A DNA stretch of 64,000 nt from Candidatus Staskawiczbacteria bacterium RIFCSPHIGHO2_01_FULL_39_25 (GCA_001820095.1 MHOO01000011.1:1958-65957), one strand, 5' to 3'. Positions 1-9,378 are shown, counted from the stretch's first letter. Made by a program: numbers and translations. The notes: generated from the sequence alone by a model not told the origin.

Positions 1-138
1 TCCTAATTAACCTAATTATACTAATTAACCTAATCAAATCCTAAATCCTAATGCCAAAATTTTTAAAATGTTCTTTAGGAATTAGACATTTACCTGTTTA
101 GAAATTGATTAGAATAATTAGAGCAATTAGAATAATTC

Positions 139-1992
139 ATGAAGCTCAATCCTTTACTTAAAAATTTTATTTCCGTTATATTAATCCTCCTTATTGTCGG
201 GGGCATTTTCAGTGTTATTTATCTTCCTACGGAACAGCCAAATACTATTTCTCTTTCCCAGCTGGTGAGCGACATCAACCAAGATAAGGTTAAAAAAATT
301 ACCGTTTCAGGAGATAGCGTTAAAGTAACGTATACTGATAACAAAACGGCTGAATCCATGAAAGAAACAAATTCTGTTTTGCCTGACTTGCTAACAAATC
401 TGGGAGCCGATAAGGAAAAATTGAAAAAGATTGAAATTGAAGCATCGGTAAAGCAAGAAAGTGTCTGGTCGTGGCTGCTGCCGGCCTTAATCTATGGTAT
501 TCTGCCCCTGGTATTCATTGGGTTTTTCCTATGGACTATTATGAAGCAAGCAAGATCGGGAGCGGTACAGGTATTTGATTTTACGAAAGCAAAAGCCAGA
601 ATTTTTGGAGCCGAAGGGCACGGCAAGCAAAAAATTACTTTCAAAGATGTCGCCGGATTAAAAGAAGCAAAAGAAGAGCTGATAGAAATTGTAGATTTTT
701 TGAAATTTCCTAAAAAGTATTTGGCTATGGGAGCTAAGATACCAAGGGGTGTGTTGCTATTGGGACCCGCAGGCGTTGGAAAAACACTGCTTGCCAGAGC
801 TGTTGCCGGAGAAGCCAATGTGCCATTTTTTTCAATTTCCGGTTCAGAATTCGTTGAAATGTTTGTAGGGGTGGGTTCAGCCAGGGTGCGTGATTTATTT
901 TCAACCGCCAAGAAAGCTTCCCCATCTATTATTTTTATTGACGAACTGGACGCCATTGGAAGGCACCGGGGGGCTGGCATTGGAGGCGGCCATGACGAGC
1001 GAGAACAAACCCTCAACATGATTTTAGTGGAAATGGACGGCTTTGAAAAAGAATCTGGTGTCATTGTGATGGCAGCTACTAACCGGGGAGACATTTTAGA
1101 CCCTGCCCTGTTAAGGCCAGGCCGGTTTGACCGGAAGATTGTATTAGATCCGCCCGATGTCCATGACCGGGAAGAAATATTAAAGATCCACTCAAAAGAA
1201 AAACCGCTGGCTGAAAACATAAACTTTAAGGAAATTGCCGAACGAACCCCTGGTTTTTCCGGAGCCGATTTGGCCAACGTGGCAAACGAAGCGGCATTAC
1301 TGGCCGCACGGCAAAATAAAACGCAGGTATTCCAAACTGACTTTCTAGAAGCTATTGAAAAAGTATTGCTAGGCCCTGAACGGAAAAGCCATTTATTATC
1401 CAAAAAAGAAAAGGAAATTGCCGCCTACCATGAGGCCGGACATGCTTTGGTTTCCAGCTCAATTCCGGGAACCGAACCGGTCAGAAAAATATCCATTATT
1501 TCCAGGGGAATGGCCGGCGGCTATACATTGCAAGTGCCTAGTGAGTCAAACAAAATGAGGACAAAAACCCAGTTTTTAGCTGAAATTGCTACGTTGCTGG
1601 GGGGAATGTCCGCTGAACGATTGATATTTGGAGAAATGACTACCGGAGCATCAAATGATTTGGTGAAGGCTTCTGAATTAGCCAGAAGAATTGTAAAAGA
1701 GTACGGCATGTCTTCCTTGGGTCCTATCTCATTTGGAGATAAGGATGAAATGGTATTTTTGGGCAGGGAAATTTCAGAGCAAAGAAATTATTCTGAAGTG
1801 GTAGCCGAAAAAATTGACCGGGAAATTGAAACTATTATACGAGGCGCAGAAAAGAAAGCAGCAGAAATTGTAGCAAGGAAAAAAGATTTATTAGAGAAAA
1901 TCGCCAAAACGTTAATTGAAAAAGAAACGATAGAACGGGAGGAATTTGAAAAAATCATCGGCAACGGAAAAAAGAAAAACGGAAAAAAGTAA
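139..1992 (+). CDS. ftsH: ATP-dependent zinc metalloprotease FtsH
   Basis: 617 aa; N-terminal TM; AAA+ Walker A GPAGVGKT; zinc motif HEAGHA; ATG is the last triplet of the upstream ATTAG repeat (aataattcATG). Confidence 0.95.
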   Translation: MKLNPLLKNFISVILILLIVGGIFSVIYLPTEQPNTISLSQLVSDINQDKVKKITVSGDSVKVTYTDNKTAESMKETNSVLPDLLTNLGADKEKLKKIEIEASVKQESVWSWLLPALIYGILPLVFIGFFLWTIMKQARSGAVQVFDFTKAKARIFGAEGHGKQKITFKDVAGLKEAKEELIEIVDFLKFPKKYLAMGAKIPRGVLLLGPAGVGKTLLARAVAGEANVPFFSISGSEFVEMFVGVGSARVRDLFSTAKKASPSIIFIDELDAIGRHRGAGIGGGHDEREQTLNMILVEMDGFEKESGVIVMAATNRGDILDPALLRPGRFDRKIVLDPPDVHDREEILKIHSKEKPLAENINFKEIAERTPGFSGADLANVANEAALLAARQNKTQVFQTDFLEAIEKVLLGPERKSHLLSKKEKEIAAYHEAGHALVSSSIPGTEPVRKISIISRGMAGGYTLQVPSESNKMRTKTQFLAEIATLLGGMSAERLIFGEMTTGASNDLVKASELARRIVKEYGMSSLGPISFGDKDEMVFLGREISEQRNYSEVVAEKIDREIETIIRGAEKKAAEIVARKKDLLEKIAKTLIEKETIEREEFEKIIGNGKKKNGKK

Positions 1993-2043
1993 AAATGCTA
2001 GTCTTACAAATCTCACGGCCGTGATATTTGTAAGACTAGGAAA

Positions 2044-2116
2044 TGGGCCCATAGCTCAGCGGCAGAGCATTCCGCTTATATCGGACAGGTCCCAGGTTCG
2101 AATCCTGGTGGGCCCA
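2044..2116 (+). tRNA. tRNA, anticodon read as UAU (Ile-like); isotype uncertain
   Basis: Hand-folded cloverleaf: acceptor gggccca/tgggccc, T-loop ttcgaat, anticodon stem 4/5 bp with loop cttatat. Confidence 0.6.
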
Positions 2117-2121
2117 CTAAT

Positions 2122-2958
2122 ATGGATAAAACAGACATCAAAAAATTCCAGGTCACCATCTGGAGTTTTTATAAAGCAAATAAGCGAAATTTCCCGTGGC
2201 GTAACACAACAGACCCCTATAAAATTCTCGTTTCTGAAATCATGCTCCAGCAAACGCAGGCCGATAGGGTGGTTGCATTTTACGAAAGATGGATTAAGCG
2301 CTTCCCTGGTATTACATCGCTTGCAAGTGCCAAATTTAGCGAAATTTACCCCTTCTGGCAAGGACTTGGCTACAACCGGCGCGCCTTGGCGTTGCAAAAA
2401 CTAGCTAAAGAAGTGGCAAGCGAGCATCAGGGAAAACTGCCAGTCGATATTGTTTTATTGCAACAACTGCCCGGCATAGGGCCGTACACGGCGCAAGCCA
2501 TCAGCATTTTCTCATATAACAGGCCTCTTACATGCTTAGAAACTAATATCCGCCGGGTTTTTATCCACCATTTCTTTCCAGAAGGCGACGCAGTAACCGA
2601 TGAGGAAATTTTACCGTTATTAGATTTGGCATTGCCTGCAAAAAGATCACGAGAATGGCATTGGGCGCTCATGGATTATGGCGCACACTTAAAAAGTACT
2701 GTCCCCAATCCAAACCGCCGTCATAAAAATTACAGCATACAATCAAAATTTGAAGGCTCCGTTAGACAAATAAGAGGATCAATATTGAGAAATTTGGCAG
2801 GGAAAAAGATGAGTTTTTCTGAATTAATGAAAATATATCCACCGCGGAACAACGCGGAATCTTATGCGGAAAAACGCGGAAAACTAAAAATTATTTTAGA
2901 CAGCATGGAAAAAGAAGAGTTAATAACCCACGACAAAAAAAATTATTCGTTAAAATAA
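2122..2958 (+). CDS. HhH-GPD DNA glycosylase, MutY/Nth-like, apparently lacking the 4Fe-4S cysteine cluster
   Basis: N-terminus PWR..DPYKILVSEIMLQQTQ, GLGYNRRA, LPGIGPYTA helix-hairpin-helix; no Cys-x6-Cys-x2-Cys-x5-Cys loop seen. Confidence 0.75.
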   Translation: MDKTDIKKFQVTIWSFYKANKRNFPWRNTTDPYKILVSEIMLQQTQADRVVAFYERWIKRFPGITSLASAKFSEIYPFWQGLGYNRRALALQKLAKEVASEHQGKLPVDIVLLQQLPGIGPYTAQAISIFSYNRPLTCLETNIRRVFIHHFFPEGDAVTDEEILPLLDLALPAKRSREWHWALMDYGAHLKSTVPNPNRRHKNYSIQSKFEGSVRQIRGSILRNLAGKKMSFSELMKIYPPRNNAESYAEKRGKLKIILDSMEKEELITHDKKNYSLK

Positions 2959-2961
2959 GGT

Positions 2962-3120
2962 ATGAAAAAGAAACCAGCTAAAATAAAAACTGACGAAAAA
3001 ATGACACCGTATATGGAAAAATGGATTGCGAAAGTTGAAAAAGATATAAAGGCAGGGAAAAATATGAGCGGACCCTTTCATTCAACTGAAGAGCTTATGA
3101 AGCATCTTAATAAAAAATAA
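2962..3120 (+). CDS. small hypothetical protein (52 aa, Lys-rich)
   Basis: Uninterrupted ATG..TAA ORF in the gap between the glycosylase and tRNA-Val; no recognisable motif. Confidence 0.25.
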   Translation: MKKKPAKIKTDEKMTPYMEKWIAKVEKDIKAGKNMSGPFHSTEELMKHLNKK

Positions 3121-3127
3121 GAAGAGG

Positions 3128-3203
3128 GGGCGGTTAGCTCAATTGGTAGAGCGCGAAATTGACGTTTTCGAGGCAATAGGTTCGAATCCTATACCGCCCA
3201 CCA
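3128..3203 (+). tRNA. tRNA-Val(GAC)
   Basis: Acceptor gggcggt/accgccc; anticodon stem cgaaa/tttcg, loop ttGACgt; T-loop ttcgaat; 3' CCA encoded. Confidence 0.85.
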
Positions 3204-3207
3204 ATAT

Positions 3208-3927
3208 ATGAATTTAAAAATACTCTACGAAGACAACGATGCGCTGGTGATAGACAAACCTGCGGGAATCGTTGTTTTCCCAGAAGGCGAAACAAAAGGA
3301 AATACGGTGATTGATGCACTTTTAGAAAAATATCCGGATTTAAAAAGCGTAGGAGAGGCGCCGCGATACGGAATTGTCCATAGGCTTGATAAAGACACTT
3401 CTGGCCTGTTATTGGTGGCAAAAACTACGAAAGTCTTGATTTTTCTGCAAAAACAGTTTAAAAATAGAGAGGTAGAAAAGAAATATACCGCACTTGTTTG
3501 CGGAACAGCAAAAGACGACTACGGCGAGATTAAAACCCTTATTGGCAGGTCGCCCCAAGACCCCAGAAAACAGAAAGCATATTCCCTAGAAGAACTTAAT
3601 AAAATAGGCAAACGAGAAGCAATTACAGAATACAAAGTTTTAGAACGCTTTGAAAAATACACGTTATTGGAAGTACAGATAAAAACGGGCAGGAAGCATC
3701 AAATACGGTGCCATTTAGCCTACATCCACCATCCAATTGCAGGAGATAAAACGTATGGATTCAAAGATTCGCCTATGCCTGAAGGATTAACCAGGCAATT
3801 CCTGCATGCGTCATATTTGAAAATACAATTATCAAACGGCCAAACCAAGGAATTTAGGTCAGAATTGCCGGAAGAATTAGAAATAGTAATTAAGAATATA
3901 GAATCTGGTATCTTGAATCTGGAATAG
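3208..3927 (+). CDS. RluA-family pseudouridine synthase
   Basis: HRLDKDTSGLLLVAKT catalytic Asp motif; K..IRCHL; last about 12 codons lie in a TAGAATCTGG-type repeat. Confidence 0.85.
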   Translation: MNLKILYEDNDALVIDKPAGIVVFPEGETKGNTVIDALLEKYPDLKSVGEAPRYGIVHRLDKDTSGLLLVAKTTKVLIFLQKQFKNREVEKKYTALVCGTAKDDYGEIKTLIGRSPQDPRKQKAYSLEELNKIGKREAITEYKVLERFEKYTLLEVQIKTGRKHQIRCHLAYIHHPIAGDKTYGFKDSPMPEGLTRQFLHASYLKIQLSNGQTKEFRSELPEELEIVIKNIESGILNLE

Positions 3928-4012
3928 AATATGGAATAAAGAATATTTAAGATATATTCTAAATTCAAAATTCCATTCAAGCTACTAGATACTGAATTCA
4001 AGATTCAAAATA
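3895..4012. repeat. short-period repeat block (tagaatctggtatcttgaatct ... attccattcaagctac); copy 1 of 3
   Basis: Near-identical blocks at 31545-31670 and 33170-33250. Confidence 0.7.
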
Positions 4013-4014
4013 AA

Positions 4015-4443
4015 ATGTCAACCTTAACCGAAAAATTTAATACATCGCAAGAGAAAAAAATGCCGGATATCCGCCCTGGCGATCTTGTTAAAGTCCACCA
4101 AAAAATAAAAGAAGGAGATAAAGAACGAATACAAATATTTGAAGGAATCGTTATTGCCCGAAAACATGGCAAAGGTGTTTCAAGCACTATCACGGTAAGA
4201 AAGGTGGTAGAAGGGATTGGAGTAGAAAGAATATTTCCAGTGCACTCTCCTTCTATAGAAAAAATAGAAGTGGTAAAATCAAGCAAGGTGCGAAGGTCAA
4301 AACTGTATTATTTAAGGACTGCCAAGGGCACGAAAGCAAAATTGAAAAATAAAGAATTTGCTTCAGTTATTACTGAAAAAGAACCTGAAATTACAGAATC
4401 AGCTCCGGAAACTCCTACAGAAAAACCAGAAGAAATTACATAA
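4015..4443 (+). CDS. rplS: 50S ribosomal protein L19 with C-terminal extension
   Basis: [32 protein letters not shown] is the L19 signature. Confidence 0.9.
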   Translation: MSTLTEKFNTSQEKKMPDIRPGDLVKVHQKIKEGDKERIQIFEGIVIARKHGKGVSSTITVRKVVEGIGVERIFPVHSPSIEKIEVVKSSKVRRSKLYYLRTAKGTKAKLKNKEFASVITEKEPEITESAPETPTEKPEEIT

Positions 4444-4449
4444 AAATGT

Positions 4450-4536
4450 GCGCGGGTGGCGAAATTGGCAGACGCATATCCTTGAGGTGGATACGCTTTA
4501 AAAAGCGTGCAGGTTCGACTCCTGTCCCGCGCACCA
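4450..4536 (+). tRNA. tRNA-Leu(GAG)
   Basis: Long variable arm; anticodon stem tatcc/ggata, loop ttGAGgt; acceptor gcgcggg/cccgcgc; CCA encoded. Confidence 0.85.
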
Positions 4537-4552
4537 GCTCTTTTTTTAATTA

Positions 4553-4625
4553 GGGCGCTTAGCTCAGTTGGTAGAGCAGGATATTTACACTATCAAGGTC
4601 GGGGGTTCGAGTCCCTCAGCGCCCA
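4553..4625 (+). tRNA. tRNA-Val(TAC)
   Basis: Acceptor gggcgct/agcgccc; anticodon loop ttTACac; T-arm gggggttcgagtccctc. Confidence 0.75.
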
Positions 4626-4674
4626 CAGTTTCATAATTAGACTGCTGTGTTATAATGCATATAACATATAATTA

Positions 4675-5346
4675 ATGGGTTTAATTATGAAACTTAAAGA
4701 AAAAATATTAGCCCGCGAATTAAGAAGTAGGGGACTTTCATTGAATGAAATAATTACAGAAACAGGATTTGCAAAGGGTTCAGTAAGTCTTTGGGTCAGA
4801 GATATTGAACTAACTTTTGATCAGAAAAAGAATCTTTCTCAAAAGGGCTTAACTAAAGAGGCTATTGAAAAAAGAAGGATCACAAGGCTAAGTAGAGAAA
4901 ATGCCAGAAGACAGCTTATTATTGATAATGCTAAAAAAGAAATAAAAGCGACATCTTTGGCGGAATTAAAACTAATAGGGGCAATGTTATATTGGGCTGA
5001 AGGAGGCAAGACTCATGGCATTGCAAGACTTTCTAATGGCGATCCTAATGTAATTAAAGTCATGATGGAGTTTTTTAGAAAAATCTGTAATGTTCCAGAA
5101 AAAAAATTTAGAGGATATATTCACATTCATCCCCATCTCGATGTTAAAAGAGCTGAAATTTACTGGTCAGGAGTCTCGGGTATTCCATTAAATCAATTCT
5201 ATAAGACATATAATAAAATAAATAAAAGTAGTAAAAATAAAAGGGGCTCTCTACCTTTTGGAACGTTTGATATCTATGTTTGCAACACAGAATTACTTTT
5301 GAAAATTAAGGGCTGGATTGAGGGCATATACAAGAATATTATCTAA
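4675..5346 (+). CDS. hypothetical protein with N-terminal HTH and LAGLIDADG-like motif (possible homing endonuclease)
   Basis: HTH-like LSLNEIITETGFAKGSVSLWVRDI; LIGAMLYWAEGGK resembles the LAGLIDADG core; sits between tRNA-Val and tRNA-Phe. Confidence 0.4.
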   Translation: MGLIMKLKEKILARELRSRGLSLNEIITETGFAKGSVSLWVRDIELTFDQKKNLSQKGLTKEAIEKRRITRLSRENARRQLIIDNAKKEIKATSLAELKLIGAMLYWAEGGKTHGIARLSNGDPNVIKVMMEFFRKICNVPEKKFRGYIHIHPHLDVKRAEIYWSGVSGIPLNQFYKTYNKINKSSKNKRGSLPFGTFDIYVCNTELLLKIKGWIEGIYKNII

Positions 5347-5352
5347 AAATCA

Positions 5353-5424
5353 GCCGTGGTAGCTCATTGGCAGAGCAGACGCCTGAAGAGCGCCTGGTAG
5401 GGAGTTCGATTCTCCCCCGCGGCA
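5353..5424 (+). tRNA. tRNA-Phe(GAA)
   Basis: Anticodon loop ctGAAga; acceptor gccgtgg/ccgcggc with one G-U pair; T-arm gggagttcgattctccc. Confidence 0.8.
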
Positions 5425-5537
5425 CAAAAAAATCGCGAAGCGATTTTAGTTATTAGTTGATAGTTAGCAGTTGTTAGAAAAAAAATCTAGAAACTAACGA
5501 CTAAAGACTAATAACTATTTTGGCCTCGCCAAAATAT

Positions 5538-5611
5538 GCGGGTATAGCACAATGGTAGTGCATTTGGTTGCCAATCAAAGTACACGGGTTCGATTCCCGT
5601 TACCCGCTCCA
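5538..5611 (+). tRNA. tRNA-Gly(GCC)
   Basis: Acceptor gcgggta/tacccgc; anticodon loop ttGCCaa; T-arm cgggttcgattcccg; CCA encoded. Confidence 0.85.
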
Positions 5612-5641
5612 CAGTTTTTTGTTCTTTTACAAGGAAAAACC

Positions 5642-6097
5642 ATGGAACTTAATGCATCGCATTCTTTCCATCAAATTCTTCCTTGGCTTGCATTTTCGAA
5701 ACCAGCTGACCAATGGCTGGAATCTATGAGAGGGCAAACCATTGAAGCTCAACTGGAAAGCAGAAGAATAACAAAGGTTTGCGTCGAAGAAATGATCTCA
5801 ACCGCAGCGATAGGCATAGGAAAAGACAATAACCTTACCGTATATTTTAATTATTATGGGACTTCACTGCAAGATTGCATTGAATCGTTAGGCCATGAAA
5901 TTGGCCATACATTTCACTATGACTTATCTAAAACTCCGCCGATAAAAATAACTGATGATGATAGAGATGAAAAGTTGCTGTATATCATTGAAGATTTTTG
6001 CAACTTGTTTTCCTTAAAATGGATAATGGTCAATGATAAAAAAGAAATTGAACGATGCTGCAAGAAAGCGGGAGTCCGGTTTCACAATAATTCTTAG
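5642..6097 (+). CDS. hypothetical protein with HExxH zinc-metallopeptidase motif
   Basis: LGHEIGHTFH motif; the listed ORF start at 5552 lies inside tRNA-Gly, so start re-set to ATG 5642 (MELNASH). Confidence 0.45.
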   Translation: MELNASHSFHQILPWLAFSKPADQWLESMRGQTIEAQLESRRITKVCVEEMISTAAIGIGKDNNLTVYFNYYGTSLQDCIESLGHEIGHTFHYDLSKTPPIKITDDDRDEKLLYIIEDFCNLFSLKWIMVNDKKEIERCCKKAGVRFHNNS

Positions 6098-6123
6098 AGC
6101 CTATATAATAGGCTTTTTTTTAT
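6098..6123 (+). terminator. rho-independent terminator
   Basis: agcctatataataggct hairpin followed by T7. Confidence 0.6.
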
Positions 6124-6212
6124 TTAGAAAAAAGAGAAAAAACCCTAAAAATCAGCGCTTTTTTGGCGGTTTTCGGCAAGATTGACGCTTTTAAGAAAAT
6201 ATGGCGTAGCTA

Positions 6213-6241
6213 TTGACAAGGGTACTTAAATGTGCTAAGAT
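6213..6241 (+). promoter_or_regulatory. sigma70-like promoter (TTGACA-17-TAAGAT)
   Basis: Consensus -35 with 17-nt spacer upstream of the 3D-domain gene. Confidence 0.4.
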
Positions 6242-6777
6242 TAAAGTATGATCCCGAAAAGGGATTTTTTATTATGAAAAACACTATTTTTAAGAGTAAA
6301 TCCCCTATTATTAGCTCTATAGTAATAGGCGTTATATCTGGAATAGTATTGTATGGGACATTCGTTCCAGAAACCATCAACGCCGATCTTAAAAACTCGG
6401 CTCCTTTGGCCAACCAGTCAACACTGGTTAAAAACGGCCATCTAACCATTTGCAAGCTAGACAGATCTTCTTACGAAGTGGTTAAAAAGGTAAAAATGAT
6501 GGTTACGGCTTATTCAAGCACCGAAGACCAAACGGATGATACGCCGTTTATTACCGCTTCAGGCAAAAAGGTGGCTGATGGAATTATTGCCAATAACATG
6601 CTGCCATTTGGAACTAAAATAAGGATTCCAGAGCTCTACGGAGATAAGATTTTTACCGTAGAAGACAGGATGCATAAAAGAAAAGGCCACTACCAAGCTG
6701 ATATTTGGTTTGAAGAGCATATAGAAGCTAAAAACTTCGGGGCAAAAGTTGCCAATATAGAAGTGGTAGAGAGTTAA
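6232..6777 (+). CDS. 3D-domain (MltA-like) cell-wall protein
   Basis: N-terminal TM; TAYSS..QTDDTPFITASGKKVADGIIAN..LPFGTKIRIP..FTVEDR matches the 3D domain; the true start may be ATG at 6274. Confidence 0.7.
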   Translation: MLRLKYDPEKGFFIMKNTIFKSKSPIISSIVIGVISGIVLYGTFVPETINADLKNSAPLANQSTLVKNGHLTICKLDRSSYEVVKKVKMMVTAYSSTEDQTDDTPFITASGKKVADGIIANNMLPFGTKIRIPELYGDKIFTVEDRMHKRKGHYQADIWFEEHIEAKNFGAKVANIEVVES

Positions 6778-6796
6778 AAAATCTGAATCATTAAGC

Positions 6797-6830
6797 AAAA
6801 AGCCGCGTTAGAACGCGGCTTTTTGCTTTT
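6797..6830 (+). terminator. rho-independent terminator
   Basis: aaaaagccgcgttagaacgcggctttttgctttt. Confidence 0.7.
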
Positions 6831-6929
6831 ACGCAAGCCGCCTACGCGATGTAAAATTAATTTGATACTAACCCTTAAAAAGGATATTATTAAATAAAGG
6901 CATCAAACTATAATTAAAGATATAAAAAT

Positions 6930-7523
6930 ATGGGATATGCTAACTTGCAAAAAGGTTTTACAATGATCGCAGTCGTAGCGATTGTTGTTTTAGCCATGGT
7001 AATCGGAGGGGTAGTATACTTCGTTACCAGGCAAGAACCCTCAATCAATGAAACGATAGAAAAAGATAACGCCATGATGGACAAGGAAAACAACGATATG
7101 ATGGATGGCAAAATCATGCCTTCAGAATCTCAAGCGGGAATGATGAAATATTCAGGCGCGATACTTGCTGGCACATCAGCTGTTTTGCTTGACTTTACCA
7201 AGGCAGATTACGATGCTGCGTTAAATACTGATAAGCTCATCGTTCTTTATTTTTATGCCAACTGGTGCCCGATTTGCAGGGCTGAATTCCCGATCATGCA
7301 GAAAGCATTTAATGAACTAAACACCGACAAGGCAGTTGGTTTTCGGGTGAACTATAACGATAGTGAAACCGATAATGATGAGAAGAACTTAGCCAGACAG
7401 TTTGGAGTTGCCTATCAGCATACCAAAGTTTTCATTAAAAACGGCCGAAGAATTTTAAAGTCGCCCGAGAGCTGGGATAACAAACGCTACCATGCGGAGA
7501 TCGGTAAAGCATTAACCCAATAA
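6930..7523 (+). CDS. membrane-anchored thioredoxin-like protein (WCPIC active site)
   Basis: N-terminal TM; YFYANWCPICRAEFP thioredoxin CxxC motif. Confidence 0.75.
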   Translation: MGYANLQKGFTMIAVVAIVVLAMVIGGVVYFVTRQEPSINETIEKDNAMMDKENNDMMDGKIMPSESQAGMMKYSGAILAGTSAVLLDFTKADYDAALNTDKLIVLYFYANWCPICRAEFPIMQKAFNELNTDKAVGFRVNYNDSETDNDEKNLARQFGVAYQHTKVFIKNGRRILKSPESWDNKRYHAEIGKALTQ

Positions 7524-7538
7524 CATACATAATATACT

Positions 7539-8246
7539 ATGGTTCAAAGCATCTTTATCGGAGCATTTTTAGGAGGGCTTGTTTCGTTCCTTGCCCCCTG
7601 CGTTCTACCTATCATCCCCGGCTTTCTTGCCTATTTGGCGGGAGCTAGCACCACAAGAGCCGAAGCAAAGCGCAGAGAAATATTCATTAATAGCATTTTT
7701 TTTGTATCGGGATTTTCCATTGTCTTTGCGCTTCTCGGCGTACTCCTGAATACGCTCCTTGAAAATATCGCTTACGATGTCCAGATCTGGCTGTCGCGCC
7801 TTGGAGGCGTGATGATTATTTTTTTCGGGCTCTATTTGGTGGGGTTAATCAAAGTTCCTTTCTTAGAAAGAGAATACAAATTTGGCGTAAAAACTAGGTT
7901 CAAATCCCGCTATGCCACCTCATTTCTCTTTGGTTTGGCCTTTGCCGCAGGATGGACGCCGTGCGTTGGCCCCGCGCTCGGGGTTATCCTTGGCCTTGCC
8001 GCTACCCAGCCCGGATCAGCTTTTTTCCTTCTTCTAACCTATGCCCTGGGACTGGGAGTTCCATTCCTCATTGTTGGCGCATTTACCGGCCAAGCTGCTG
8101 AATTTATCAAGCGGCATGCCATAGAGCTTAGATACCTTAATATTATTTTTGGCGTTATTCTCCTGGCTCTTGGTGTTCTTATATTCACCCAGAAACTTTC
8201 TCTGATCGCCAACTTTGAATTTTTAAACAGCATACTTCTCAAATAA
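7539..8246 (+). CDS. ccdA: cytochrome c-type biogenesis / thiol-disulfide electron transporter CcdA (DsbD TM core)
   Basis: LAPCVLPIIPGFLAY and GWTPCVGPALG paired-cysteine TM motifs. Confidence 0.85.
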   Translation: MVQSIFIGAFLGGLVSFLAPCVLPIIPGFLAYLAGASTTRAEAKRREIFINSIFFVSGFSIVFALLGVLLNTLLENIAYDVQIWLSRLGGVMIIFFGLYLVGLIKVPFLEREYKFGVKTRFKSRYATSFLFGLAFAAGWTPCVGPALGVILGLAATQPGSAFFLLLTYALGLGVPFLIVGAFTGQAAEFIKRHAIELRYLNIIFGVILLALGVLIFTQKLSLIANFEFLNSILLK

Positions 8247-8250
8247 GATC

Positions 8251-9315
8251 ATGATCGCTCCAAAACCTTATCTTCTCGCAGCAATGCTTATCCTGATTGG
8301 AGGAGCAATTTATCTTATAAGCTTATATAGCATACCAAGAACGGGGCCAAACGAGCCAGTGACAGTTGCGCCCAGGACATCTGGGAAAAGTCAAATCTAC
8401 GAATTGGCCAAAGAGATTACTACGCCTGACGGATTTATAAACACCAATGGTAAATCCATCACGATCAACGAACTTATAGGCAAAAAGGTTATTTTAATTG
8501 ATTTTTGGACCTACAGTTGCATCAATTGCCAACGCACTACGCCGTATCTCAATGCGTGGTATGAAAAATATAAAGATAAAGGGCTTGTTATTATTGGAAT
8601 CCACACGCCCGAATTTGAATTTGAAAAAGATTATAATAACGTGAAAGCGGCCGTTGAAAAATTCGGCATCGCATTCCCTGTGGTGCTTGATAATGATTAT
8701 TCTACCTGGACGGCGTATAAAAACCGCTACTGGCCGCGAAAATATTTAATAGATATCGATGGGTATATTGTTTACGATCATATCGGCGAAGGAGCCTATG
8801 AAGAAACAGAAAAGGAAATTCAAGAGGCGCTCTCCGAGCGGATGACAATTTTGGGAGAAGGCGGCGCCATAAATCAATCCATTACCAAAGAAACTCCCAG
8901 TTATAGCGGAGCAAAAAGCCCGGAAACGTACTTCGGCGCGTTTCGCAACCAATTACTTGGGAATGGCGCGCAAGGCGTAGTCGGAAATCAACGGGGCCTT
9001 ACCATTCCTCAAGAACCCAAACTCAATACGCTTTACCTTGCAGGAGATTGGAATATTGCCAATGAGTTTGCCGAAAATAAAACAGGCCAAGCTAAGATAA
9101 TTTTCCGATACGAGGCTAAGAGCGTTTATTTTGTAGCTGGTTCAGAAAATGATGTGAAGATTAAAATTATCAAAGACGGCGAAATTGTTGGCGAGCAAAA
9201 CGTTCACTCACACAAACTTTATAATCTTATTGAAGATTCAGAGCTTGGCAACCATACGCTTGAAATTATCATTGAAAACCCAGGCCTTCGCGCTTATACC
9301 TTTACCTTTGGTTAA
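8251..9315 (+). CDS. TlpA/ResA-like thiol-disulfide oxidoreductase with C-terminal extracytoplasmic domain
   Basis: N-terminal TM; FWTYSCINCQRTTPYL CxxC redoxin fold; about 150-aa extra C-terminal domain. Confidence 0.75.
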   Translation: MIAPKPYLLAAMLILIGGAIYLISLYSIPRTGPNEPVTVAPRTSGKSQIYELAKEITTPDGFINTNGKSITINELIGKKVILIDFWTYSCINCQRTTPYLNAWYEKYKDKGLVIIGIHTPEFEFEKDYNNVKAAVEKFGIAFPVVLDNDYSTWTAYKNRYWPRKYLIDIDGYIVYDHIGEGAYEETEKEIQEALSERMTILGEGGAINQSITKETPSYSGAKSPETYFGAFRNQLLGNGAQGVVGNQRGLTIPQEPKLNTLYLAGDWNIANEFAENKTGQAKIIFRYEAKSVYFVAGSENDVKIKIIKDGEIVGEQNVHSHKLYNLIEDSELGNHTLEIIIENPGLRAYTFTFG

Positions 9316-9330
9316 TTCAATCTGAATAGC

Positions 9331-9378
9331 ACCAAACTAAAAACTTGCTATCAATAGCAAGTTTTTAGTTTGGTGCCC
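9331..9378. terminator. long hairpin, probable bidirectional terminator
   Basis: caccaaactaaaaacttgctat/atagcaagtttttagtttggtg, a 22-bp stem abutting the tRNA-Leu 3' end. Confidence 0.5.

Noticed and set aside
492-1403. 303-aa antisense ORF inside ftsH and other long antisense ORFs (e.g. 36507-37043 in pnp, 40433-41062 in comM, 26312-26638 in hppA)
   Set aside because: They overlap strongly supported genes on the opposite strand, have low-complexity Ser/Pro/Ala-rich translations typical of antisense frames, and carry no motifs.
1946-2404. ORFs overlapping tRNA genes (1946-2404, 2056-2397, 3134-3421, 33862-34056, 31178-31453, 31356-31673)
   Set aside because: Each spans a confidently folded tRNA or repeat block. 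They are treated as spurious; where a real gene follows (5552, 33322), the start was moved downstream of the tRNA.
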